From the NCBI GenBank assembly GCA_965203485.1, contig OZ241892.1:1664001-1728000 (forward strand): DNA of 64,000 bases, written 5' to 3'. The translations under genes and the position numbers were made by a program. Positions 55,901-64,000 of the stretch are shown piece after piece (the first letter of the stretch is position 1; every line of letters starts with the position of its first letter). This DNA is from Longimicrobiales bacterium. Its GTDB lineage: Bacteria; Gemmatimonadota; Gemmatimonadetes; Longimicrobiales; Gaopeijiaceae. The notes beneath the pieces were generated by a model that saw nothing but the letters and a program-made list of their open reading frames with translations, searched no databases and was not told where the DNA came from.

Positions 55901-56833
55901 TTGGACCTAGACGGCTACGTTCGGCGGACGGGCCTCGAGCACGCGCGGAGGGACGTCGCGCTGGCGCCCTTGACCACCTTCAAGATCGGCGGCCCAGCCG
56001 ATTTGCTGGTCGAAGCGCGCACGAGCGACGAGTTCTGCCGCGCCGTTCTGGGAGCGCGCGAGATGGGCATCCCGGTGTTCGTCCTGGGACGGGGCGCCAA
56101 CATCCTGGTGGGCGACCGAGGGTTCCGGGGCGTCGTGGTTCGCAGCGCGATGAAGGAGCTCGACTTCCTGCCCGGCGGGCGCGTGCGGGCGGGGGCGGGC
56201 CTGGACACCTTCCCGGACCTCATCCTGGCCACGGTCGCGCGGGGGCTGGGCGGCATTCACCACTTCGTGGGCATCCCCAGCACCGTCGGCGGCGCGGTCT
56301 GGCAGAATCTGCACTTCCTGGCGCCGGCGCCGGGGCGCGAGCGCACGGTCTTCTGGGAAGAGGTCATGCTGGGCGCCACGATCCTCGATCCGGCGGGACG
56401 AACGCGGGAAGTGGACACCGGCTACTTTCGCTTCGGGTACGACTACAGCATCGTCCACGACTCCGGCGACTTGGTGCTGGACGTGTCGCTCCAGCTTGCG
56501 CCGGCGCCCATGCCGGAGCTGCGCCGCGTCATGCGCGAGAACCTGGCGTGGCGAGACGAAAGGCATCCCGATCTCTGGCTCTATCCGTGCGCAGGGTCCA
56601 TCTTCAAGAAGATCGAGGGAGTCGGCGCCGGGCGCCTCGTGGACGAATGCGGACTGAAGGGGCGAGTTCACGGCGGCGCCCAGATCTTCCACAAGCACGC
56701 CAACATCGTCGTCAATCTGGGTGGCGCGACGGCCGCCGACGTGCGCGCGCTGATCGACTTGGCGCAATCCACCGTCGAGCGGGAGACGGGCCGCCGACTG
56801 GAGCCCGAGATCGTCTTCATAGGGGAGTTCTGA
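55901..56833 (+). CDS. murB: UDP-N-acetylmuramate dehydrogenase
   Basis: TTFKIGGPA, GRGANIL, GIPSTVGG, AGSIFK and KHAN.IVN motifs. Confidence 0.93.
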   Translation: MDLDGYVRRTGLEHARRDVALAPLTTFKIGGPADLLVEARTSDEFCRAVLGAREMGIPVFVLGRGANILVGDRGFRGVVVRSAMKELDFLPGGRVRAGAGLDTFPDLILATVARGLGGIHHFVGIPSTVGGAVWQNLHFLAPAPGRERTVFWEEVMLGATILDPAGRTREVDTGYFRFGYDYSIVHDSGDLVLDVSLQLAPAPMPELRRVMRENLAWRDERHPDLWLYPCAGSIFKKIEGVGAGRLVDECGLKGRVHGGAQIFHKHANIVVNLGGATAADVRALIDLAQSTVERETGRRLEPEIVFIGEF

Positions 56834-56911
56834 GCCCAGCGGCGCCTGGCCGCCCGAGCAACGGGAGAAGCCCGGGACGCAGTTCGACGTCGGGCCGAGA
56901 GTTCGACCGGG

Positions 56912-57652
56912 TCACCCGGCTCGGCCGGGAGCAAAGCGGCGAGCCAAGTCGCGCACCACGCTCGCGTCCACCTCGTGGACTCCCGAAAACGTCCGCCACG
57001 CCTGCGCCACGCCCGCGGAGGCGAGCCGCGCCTCCTGGTCGCGCCGCAAGGGGGCGTCGAACACCGGGTCGCGGTCCCCGAACACCGTCGTGACCCGCAC
57101 GCCCGCCAAGCGCGCCGCGATTTCCGGGTCCGGCGGCAGGTAGGATCCCCAAAGCACCAGTTCGTCCACCGCGGCCGAGCCCAGCGCCGCCCAGCGCGCC
57201 GCCGCGTGACCGCCCTGCGAGAAGCCCAGCGCCACCAAGCGAGGGCGCGACCCCGCCGCCGTCGAGGCGTCTCGCTCGTATTCCAGCGTTCGGCGGGCGA
57301 GCGCGTCCAGGTAGCGGACGTAGTCGCGTATCTCCGCCTCGCGGTCCACCCGCGTCATCCAGCTCGCGCCGACGCGGGAGGCGGGGCCGTGCGCCCCTGG
57401 GGCCGGATCGACGTAGAAGCGGCTGAGCGCCTCCGGGGCCACCACCACCGCACCCTCGTCCCGGGCCGCCTCGAAGCGCCGCGCGAACCGCCCCGCCGAC
57501 TGCCGGTATCCGTGGCAAACCATCCAGACCTGCCCAACGCCGGCGCCCGGCCGACCAAGCTGGAAGAATCTGGCCGTGCGGGCGACTTCGATGCGTCCCA
57601 TGGACGGCGGAGGCCCGCCGCGCGGGGGCGCCGGCGCGTCGGAGCCGTTCAC
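56912..57652 (-). CDS. Phospholipase/carboxylesterase-type alpha/beta hydrolase
   Basis: CHGY, GASWMT, GFSQG nucleophile elbow, GDRD and a C-terminal His. Confidence 0.85.
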   Translation of the reverse strand: MNGSDAPAPPRGGPPPSMGRIEVARTARFFQLGRPGAGVGQVWMVCHGYRQSAGRFARRFEAARDEGAVVVAPEALSRFYVDPAPGAHGPASRVGASWMTRVDREAEIRDYVRYLDALARRTLEYERDASTAAGSRPRLVALGFSQGGHAAARWAALGSAAVDELVLWGSYLPPDPEIAARLAGVRVTTVFGDRDPVFDAPLRRDQEARLASAGVAQAWRTFSGVHEVDASVVRDLARRFAPGRAG

Positions 57653-59115
57653 GCTCCCGGGCGAGACAACGAGAAGCGCCGCATCGGACGGCGGAACCGC
57701 TTCCACATCCTGACCAGCAGGAGGACGGCCGCGGCCCCTAGGCCCACGGCCAAGCCCCACCACAGTCCCACCGGCCCCATCCCAGCCCGAAACCCGCACC
57801 ACAGGCTCACGGGCAAGCCGAGCAGCCAGAACCCGAAGAAGTTGTAAAGGAGGGGCCGCATCGTGTCCGCCACGCCCCGCAGGAGCCCCGCGCACACCAC
57901 CTGCAACCCGTCGAACATCTGGAAGCACGCCGCCACCGGCAACAGGCTCGCGGCCACGGCCACGGCGCCCGCGTCGTCGCTGAACAGAGCCGCGATTGGA
58001 CCGGGCAGACCCGCGAACGCGGCCGCGGTCGCGGTCATCGCGGCGCAGCACGCCAGCAACGCCGCGCCCGCGAAGCGGCGGGCCCGGGGCGGCGCACCCT
58101 CGCCCACCGACTTGCCCACCAAGGCCGTGCCCGCCTGCGCGATCCCAACCGGCACCATGAAGGCGAAGGCGGCCAAGTTGACCGCGACCTGATGGCCCGC
58201 CAGCGCCTCCGCGCCCAGCCACCCCATCGCGATGCCGATCGCGCCGAAGGCCCCGAACTCAAGCGTCATGTGGCCGCCGATCGGCGCTCCCAGCCGCACC
58301 ATTCCGGCCAGGGGACGCCACGCCAGCGCATCGCGCCGGAACCGTCGCGCGTAGGGCGCCAGCACGCGCCATCCCACCGCCGCCACGCTCAGGCACATGA
58401 ACCACCGCGACGCGCTGGTCGCCCAGCCGGAGCCCACCGCGCCCATCGCCGGCGCGCCCAAGTTGCCGAAGACCAGCGCCCAGTTGGCCAGGGCGTTCAG
58501 TCCGTTGGCCAGGACCACCGTCCACACGATCGGCGCCACGCGGCCCAGCGCCTGCATGCTCTGCCGGAACACCAGGAAGCCGTAGAACGGCAGCATCCCG
58601 GCCATCAGCGACCCGGCGTAGGCCGCAGCGACCGGCACGACTTCCGCCGGTTGCCCCAGCAACGCCAACGCGGGCTCCGCGAGCGCCAGCAATGCCGACG
58701 TCGCCGCAGCGAGCCCCGCGCTCAGCACGAGCCCCCGCTGCACCGCCAGCTCGATGCCGTCGTCGTCCCCCGCCCCGAAGGCCTGCGACACCAGCGGATC
58801 GAGCGCGAGCAGCAACCCCATCCCGAAGACCGAGACGCCGAAGAAATACAGGTTCCCCAACGCCACGGCCGCCAGCTCGCCCGCCGACACGCGTCCCACC
58901 ATGGCCGTGTCGACCAGGCCCTGCGACACGATCCCCAGCTGGACCACCACCACCGGCGCCGCCAAGCCCAGCAATCGCGACACCTCGGCGCGCCGAGGAA
59001 CAAACGCGGCCAAGCCCTCCGGCGACTCGCTCCCCCCTCCCGTTGCGACGGGCCCGCCACGGTCAGGCGAAACAGCGGTCTCGCTCCGCGACGAAAGGCG
59101 CTCCGACCTCCTCAA
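57649..59115 (-). CDS. MATE family efflux transporter (NorM-like)
   Basis: About 12 TM helices; VDTAMVG, LAAVAL, LAGHQV and FQMFDGLQ motifs. Start uncertain. Confidence 0.92.
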   Translation of the reverse strand: MRRSERLSSRSETAVSPDRGGPVATGGGSESPEGLAAFVPRRAEVSRLLGLAAPVVVVQLGIVSQGLVDTAMVGRVSAGELAAVALGNLYFFGVSVFGMGLLLALDPLVSQAFGAGDDDGIELAVQRGLVLSAGLAAATSALLALAEPALALLGQPAEVVPVAAAYAGSLMAGMLPFYGFLVFRQSMQALGRVAPIVWTVVLANGLNALANWALVFGNLGAPAMGAVGSGWATSASRWFMCLSVAAVGWRVLAPYARRFRRDALAWRPLAGMVRLGAPIGGHMTLEFGAFGAIGIAMGWLGAEALAGHQVAVNLAAFAFMVPVGIAQAGTALVGKSVGEGAPPRARRFAGAALLACCAAMTATAAAFAGLPGPIAALFSDDAGAVAVAASLLPVAACFQMFDGLQVVCAGLLRGVADTMRPLLYNFFGFWLLGLPVSLWCGFRAGMGPVGLWWGLAVGLGAAAVLLLVRMWKRFRRPMRRFSLSRPGA

Positions 59116-59181
59116 GAAACGGCCGGCGCCGCCACCCAGCGCGAGGGGCGCGCCCCAGGCGAGGCCGCGCGGCGCGCCCGG

Positions 59182-61485
59182 CTAATCGTCGCGCCCCTCC
59201 ACCTGCCCCGCCTCCATGCCGCGCCTCGGCAACGTGATCAGGAACTCCGTGAACTCGTCCTCTTCCGTCTCGACGCGCAGCTCTCCGCCGTGCTCCTTGA
59301 CGATCTCGTGCGAAATCGAGAGGCCCAGGCCCGTCCCCTCGGTGCCCGTCTTGGTCGTGAAGAACGGATCGAAGATCTTCTCCACCAAGCTGTCGGGGAT
59401 GCCCGTGCCGTTGTCGCGGACCGAGATCAGCACGGAGTCGCCCAAGTCCTGCGTCTTGAGCCGCACCGCCGGCGAGTAGCCGGCCTCGTCCTTCTCCTTG
59501 CGCCGTGTGTCGGTGGCCTGGCAGCCGTTGGTGATGATGTTGAGGAACACGCGGCTCAGGTCCCGCGCGATCGCCACGACTTCGCCCGCCTCCTCGTCGA
59601 AGTCCTTCTCGATGGTCAGGTTGAACGTGGAGTCCGCCGCGCGCAGCCCGTGGTACGCCAGCTTGCCATACTCGTCGAGCATCAGGTTCACGTCCACGCT
59701 CTCGGCGACCCCCGCCTCGTCGCGCGAGTGCGCCAGCATTCCCTCGACGATCCGGTTGGCGCGCACGCCGTGCTCGCGCACCTTCTGCACGTTGGTCGAG
59801 AGGTCGCCCAAGATCTCGTCCAGGTACTCCTTGTCCAATCCGCCGTCCGAGGCGCCGTTTCCGCCGGATGGTCCGCCGGCTTCGCCCGGACCGGCTCCGT
59901 TGCCGTTTCCGCGCGCGGCATCGCCCTCCGCGCCGTCCCCGGCCTCGATTCCTAGTTCCTCGCGGAGCTCGTCGATCAGCTCCACGGACAGCGCCGCGAA
60001 GTTGTTGACGAAGTTCAGCGGATTCCTGATCTCGTGCGCTATTCCGGCGGTGAGCGTCCCCAGCGACGCCAGCTTCTCCTGGCTGATCACCTGCTGCTGG
60101 GTGCGCTTGAGGTCGTCCAGGGTCGTCTCGAGCTCGGCGTTCTTGGCCTGCACCTCGGCGTGGAGCTTCTCGACCAGGTTGAGGCGCTGCACTTCCACGG
60201 CGTGAGTGCGAAAGACCTCCAGCGCGCCCGCCATGTCCGTCACTTCGTCGTTGCCGGCGATCTTGACTTCCACCTCCAGGTCGCCCTGCGACATCTCGCG
60301 CATCGCGTCGGAGAGGTGGCGGACGCGCGCCAGAAGTCGTTCGCCGAAGAACTTCCAGCCGATCGCGAACGCCGCCAGCAACGCCAGTACGCTGACCCCC
60401 AGGACCAGCCACGTCCCCAGCGCGGTCAGCGCGCTGGAGTCGTCCGCCGCCGTCCGCGCCTGCACTGAGGCGTCGTCGACCAGCTGGCCCACCAGCGTGC
60501 CGAGATCGGCGGTCGTCTCCCGGTTTCGCGCCACGTACTGCTCGGAGCGCTCCAGCTCGTCCAGTTCGCGCGTCTTCGTGTCCTGCACGTCGCCGTACAG
60601 CTGGCGCAGGCGGTCGACCGACGGGCGGAGGCTGTCCGCGACAGCCGGGCGCATCGCGCCCAGAGTCTGCTCGATCCTGGTGAACTCGGTGTTGACGCGT
60701 TCCCGGTTGGACGCCAGCAGATCCCGGTCGTCTTCGGCCATCGCCTGGAACGTGAGCGTCCGGACCACGCTTTGAGCCGCGCGGAAGCCCAGCAAGCCGC
60801 GGTGGTGGTCCAGCTCCGCTTGCGCAGTGCGCTGAAACGCCGGGGCCGGACGCGTGTCGGAGCGCCGCCGCAAGCCGGTGTCGATGAAGAATTCCTGGTC
60901 GTCCAGCTCCTCTTCCAGAAAGCGCTCCGCGTTCGGGCCCACCCGGGCCAGATCGGCCTCGAGCTCGTTGAGCCGGCTGCGGTACTCGATCCGGTTCTGC
61001 ACGAGCGCCAGGATCTGGTTGATGTTCTCGACCAGGCTGCCCGACAGCGGAACGAGGGCCAAGCCGGCTTGGCCGCGGGCCTCGGCGCGAGCGATCTCGG
61101 CGATCGCGTTCTGCAGGAGTTCCTCTTCGTGCTCGACGTCCGCCTGCACGGCGTCGAGCTGCTCTTGGGTGACGGCGGCCAGCAACCTGGGCGACGCGCC
61201 CACGAGCTGGGCGCTCGAGCGCTCGACCTCGAACGCGGCGACGAGAGCCGGGATGTGCCGTTCCGTGATCTCGCCCTGACGCGCGTTGAGGTAGGCCATG
61301 ATCGCGAGCGCCAGCAGGCAACCGCCCAGCGTGAGGAACACGCCCCCGCCAAGGCCCACCACGATCTGGCTGCCGAGCCCGAAGCGTCCGCCCGTGGCCT
61401 TCTCGACCCGCGCCCCGAGCCGCGCGGGCAACCTCGCCATGATCCACTCGAACGCGGAGTGGACGCGGGTCTCCAGCGTCCTCAC
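59182..61485 (-). CDS. Sensor histidine kinase with long helical (TorS-like) periplasmic domain and HAMP
   Basis: TM, long helical sensor, TM; GNDEVTDMAGAL; EKLASLGTLTAGIAHEIRNPLNF; DNGTG; FFTTK; GTGLGL. GTGA coupling to the upstream gene. Confidence 0.9.
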   Translation of the reverse strand: MRTLETRVHSAFEWIMARLPARLGARVEKATGGRFGLGSQIVVGLGGGVFLTLGGCLLALAIMAYLNARQGEITERHIPALVAAFEVERSSAQLVGASPRLLAAVTQEQLDAVQADVEHEEELLQNAIAEIARAEARGQAGLALVPLSGSLVENINQILALVQNRIEYRSRLNELEADLARVGPNAERFLEEELDDQEFFIDTGLRRRSDTRPAPAFQRTAQAELDHHRGLLGFRAAQSVVRTLTFQAMAEDDRDLLASNRERVNTEFTRIEQTLGAMRPAVADSLRPSVDRLRQLYGDVQDTKTRELDELERSEQYVARNRETTADLGTLVGQLVDDASVQARTAADDSSALTALGTWLVLGVSVLALLAAFAIGWKFFGERLLARVRHLSDAMREMSQGDLEVEVKIAGNDEVTDMAGALEVFRTHAVEVQRLNLVEKLHAEVQAKNAELETTLDDLKRTQQQVISQEKLASLGTLTAGIAHEIRNPLNFVNNFAALSVELIDELREELGIEAGDGAEGDAARGNGNGAGPGEAGGPSGGNGASDGGLDKEYLDEILGDLSTNVQKVREHGVRANRIVEGMLAHSRDEAGVAESVDVNLMLDEYGKLAYHGLRAADSTFNLTIEKDFDEEAGEVVAIARDLSRVFLNIITNGCQATDTRRKEKDEAGYSPAVRLKTQDLGDSVLISVRDNGTGIPDSLVEKIFDPFFTTKTGTEGTGLGLSISHEIVKEHGGELRVETEEDEFTEFLITLPRRGMEAGQVEGRDD

Positions 61486-62675
61486 CGCGCCAATCGCCCC
61501 ACCGGCACGAAGCGCTCGTTGCGTATCTCGGTAAGGAACACCCTGTCCGAGCCCTGGTTGTCCCCTTCCGCGTACTCCACGACGAAGCCGCCCAAGTCGA
61601 TCGGCCCGGCCGTGTTCAGCGCCTCCAGGAATCCTTCCCGGGTCGGATTCGCCCCGGCTCGTTCGAGGCCCTCGACCGCGAGCCGGCCGGCCAAGTAGCC
61701 CTCCAGCGAGACGAAGCCCGGCGACGCGGCCCGGTCGACTGCGCGCAGGGCGGCGTGATACCGCCGAACCACGGGCACGCTCGCGTCGCGCGGGAACGGC
61801 ACCACCTGCGTCACGATCACGCCGTTTCCCTCGCCGCCGAGCGCGTTCAGCAACGCGTTGCTCCCCACGAACGAGATGTTCACGAAGACCGGCACGAAGC
61901 CGATGCGGCGCGACCACTTCACGAACTCGGCCACGGGCTGGTACGCGCCGATGATGATCACCGCATCCGGATCTCCGTCGCGCAGGCCCAGCAACGCGCG
62001 CTTCACGGCCCGCGTGTTGCGCATGTAGGACTCCTTGCCGACCAGCTCCATTCCGCGCGCGGCCAGCGCCAGCTCCACCCCGGTCAGGCCTGCGGCGCCG
62101 TAGCTGTCGGCCTGGTAGAGGACCGCGATGTCGCGAAAGCCCAAGTCGCGGGTCAGCCGCTCCACCATCTCGGCGGTTTCCTGGTAGTACGACGCCCGCA
62201 GATTGACCACATAGGGGCGTTCTTCCGACCGCAGGAACTCGGCGCCCGTGAAGGGGCCGATGTACGGCACCGACTCGGAGCTGGCGACCGGTTCGGCGGA
62301 AGAGGACGTCGGCGTGCCCACGGCGCCGATCAGCGCGAACACCCCCATTTCTATCAGCGCGCGCGTGTTCGTCGCGGCGGCCTCGGGCTCGTACCCGTCG
62401 TCGCGCGCGACCAGGCGAAGCTGCCGGCCGTGCACGCCCCCGGAGCGGTTCGCCTCTTCGAAGGCGGCGCGGATGCCCAACCGCATGTTCAGGCCCAGTT
62501 GCGCGGCGAGGCCCGTGAAGGCCGCCGACTGGCCGAACACGATCGAGTCCGGGTAGACGCCGGCGCTCTCGGGTTGGGCGCGGGCGGGCGCCGCGGCCAC
62601 CAGACAACCCAGCACTGCCAGTCCGCACCGGAACGCACCGGCCGCAGGCCGGCGTCCCCTCGCCGCGCTCCGCAC
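61482..62675 (-). CDS. Type I periplasmic solute-binding protein (LivJ/K-like fold)
   Basis: Signal peptide, FGQSAAFTG, GGVHGR..DDGYEP, GAVGTPT and RASY motifs. Confidence 0.9.
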   Translation of the reverse strand: MRSAARGRRPAAGAFRCGLAVLGCLVAAAPARAQPESAGVYPDSIVFGQSAAFTGLAAQLGLNMRLGIRAAFEEANRSGGVHGRQLRLVARDDGYEPEAAATNTRALIEMGVFALIGAVGTPTSSSAEPVASSESVPYIGPFTGAEFLRSEERPYVVNLRASYYQETAEMVERLTRDLGFRDIAVLYQADSYGAAGLTGVELALAARGMELVGKESYMRNTRAVKRALLGLRDGDPDAVIIIGAYQPVAEFVKWSRRIGFVPVFVNISFVGSNALLNALGGEGNGVIVTQVVPFPRDASVPVVRRYHAALRAVDRAASPGFVSLEGYLAGRLAVEGLERAGANPTREGFLEALNTAGPIDLGGFVVEYAEGDNQGSDRVFLTEIRNERFVPVGRLAR

Positions 62676-62677
62676 CT

Positions 62678-63832
62678 CTATGTCTTCCCCAGGTAGCGCA
62701 ACGCCATGCAGGTGATGTCGTCCGACTGGGGCGCGTCCCCAGCGTGCTCCTGCACGGCCTGCACCACGTGGCGGCTCACGTCGGCGGCCTTCGACCCCGA
62801 GCACTCCGCAAGCACCTCGGCCAGCTCCCCCTCGCCGAATTCATCGCCGCCCGCGTTCATCGCTTCGGTGACCCCGTCGGTGTACAAGAAGAAGACGTCG
62901 CCCGGCTCCAGCTGCACGCTGCCGCCCGGAAACTCGAACTCGGGCATGACGCCCAGCACCAGGCCCGCATCGCTGCTGATCTGCTCGACCTCGCCCGACG
63001 CCTTGACAACGAACGGCAGGTTGTGGCCTCCGTTCGCGAAGTCCAGGCGTCCGCTCTCGGGGTCCAGGCTGGCGTAGAACAACGTGACGAACATCGACTC
63101 CTCGTTCGACTCCGACAGCAGGTCGTTGACCTCGGCCAAGCACCTCGCGGGATCGCTCTGGCCTATCGCGGTCCCCTTCATCAGCGTGCGGCTGACCATC
63201 ATGAAGAGCGCGGCGGGGACGCCCTTGCCCGACACGTCGGCCACGACCATGCCCAGGCGTTCGTTCTCCAGCTTGAAGAAGTCGTAGAAGTCGCCGCCGA
63301 CCTCGCGGGCGGGCGTCATCCACGCGTGGAGCTCGTAGCGCGGATCCGAGGGGAAGTCGGTGGGCAGGATCGACTCCTGCATCTTGGCCGCCACCCCCAG
63401 CTCCTGGCGCAGGGCAACCAGCTCGTCGCGCGACTCAAGCGCTTCGCGCATCACTTTGAGGTGCGCCAGCGTCTTGGTGATCGTCGTCTCGAGGTCCTCG
63501 AAGTCGATCGGCTTGGTGACGAAGTCGAACGCGCCGCGGTTCATCGCCGTGCGGATGTTCTTCATGTCGCCGTACGCGGTCACGATGACGGCGCGCAGGT
63601 CGACGCGCAGCTGGTTCAGCTGCTGCAACAGCGTGAGGCCGTCCATCTCGGGCATGTTGATGTCCGAGAGGACCATGTCGATGTTCTTGTGGGCCTCCAG
63701 CTGCTTGAGCGCCTCGACGCCGTTCTGCGCGAAGACGAGCTCGATGGCGCCGGAGCGGATTCGACGCCTGAACTTCTGCCGAAGAAGGAGCTCGAGATCG
63801 GGCTCGTCGTCGACGACAAGGATCTTCGGCAT
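62678..63832 (-). CDS. Response regulator with SpoIIE/PP2C phosphatase output (RsbU-like)
   Basis: REC domain (ILVVDDE, SDINMP, FVTKP) and PP2C domain (VGGDFYD, ADVSGKG, MFVT, YTDGVTE, DDIT). Confidence 0.94.
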   Translation of the reverse strand: MPKILVVDDEPDLELLLRQKFRRRIRSGAIELVFAQNGVEALKQLEAHKNIDMVLSDINMPEMDGLTLLQQLNQLRVDLRAVIVTAYGDMKNIRTAMNRGAFDFVTKPIDFEDLETTITKTLAHLKVMREALESRDELVALRQELGVAAKMQESILPTDFPSDPRYELHAWMTPAREVGGDFYDFFKLENERLGMVVADVSGKGVPAALFMMVSRTLMKGTAIGQSDPARCLAEVNDLLSESNEESMFVTLFYASLDPESGRLDFANGGHNLPFVVKASGEVEQISSDAGLVLGVMPEFEFPGGSVQLEPGDVFFLYTDGVTEAMNAGGDEFGEGELAEVLAECSGSKAADVSRHVVQAVQEHAGDAPQSDDITCMALRYLGKT

Positions 63833-63968
63833 GTGCGGCCTGTGCTCCCCGTGCGTAGCCGACCCGAACATCTGCCAAGCGGGCCGGAGTTGGCGGGGCG
63901 GCCGCGTCGCGGGCGGACTCGGGAACCGCAACGACGGCGCCCCGGTGGTCGGATGGCGAACGCGGGCA

Positions 63969-63977
63969 AATCTAACA
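63969..63977 (-). promoter_or_regulatory. Putative extended -10 (TGtTAGATT) for the PP2C-PBP-kinase operon
   Basis: TGn-TANNNT in otherwise GC-rich DNA, about 135 nt upstream of the ATG at 63832. Confidence 0.4.
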
Positions 63978-64000
63978 CGCCTGCTGCCCGGCCGCCGCGG

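Noticed and set aside
1..64000. CRISPR arrays, tRNA/rRNA genes, prophage or integrase
   Set aside because: No regularly spaced repeats, cloverleafs, rRNA-like tracts or phage genes recognised by eye.

Overview
Very GC-rich bacterial chromosomal window made mostly of housekeeping genes. Gene content and order (rplM-rpsI-rpsB-tsf-pyrH-frr-uppS-cdsA-dxr-rseP superoperon, a short RpoD-family sigma factor, bshB1, a GlmU-like protein, an NtrY-like giant kinase) suggest an FCB-group organism, probably Gemmatimonadota (inference). It also carries murA, pcrA, serS, manC, iscS-mnmA, comM, pntAA/AB/B, a TolC-MacA-two-permease operon, pmm, an AtuA/carboxyltransferase/B12-binding cluster, murB, a MATE pump and a REC-PP2C / solute-binding protein / TorS-like kinase module. 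The clearest accessory elements are (i) a partial DUF4011-SF1 helicase gene at the left edge, missing from the supplied ORF track and a possible anti-phage protein, and (ii) a complete IS1182-family element that splits a metallo-beta-lactamase-fold gene at a duplicated CTAG and takes its transposase stop codon from that target duplication. No rRNA, tRNA or CRISPR array was recognised. I cannot show a wholly new system from sequence alone. The best candidates for under-described biology are the PBP-kinase-PP2C signalling module, the split-AtuA/B12 acyl-CoA cluster and the symmetric/leaderless promoter architecture. Start codons were chosen by eye and most long ORFs in the track are GC shadow frames.
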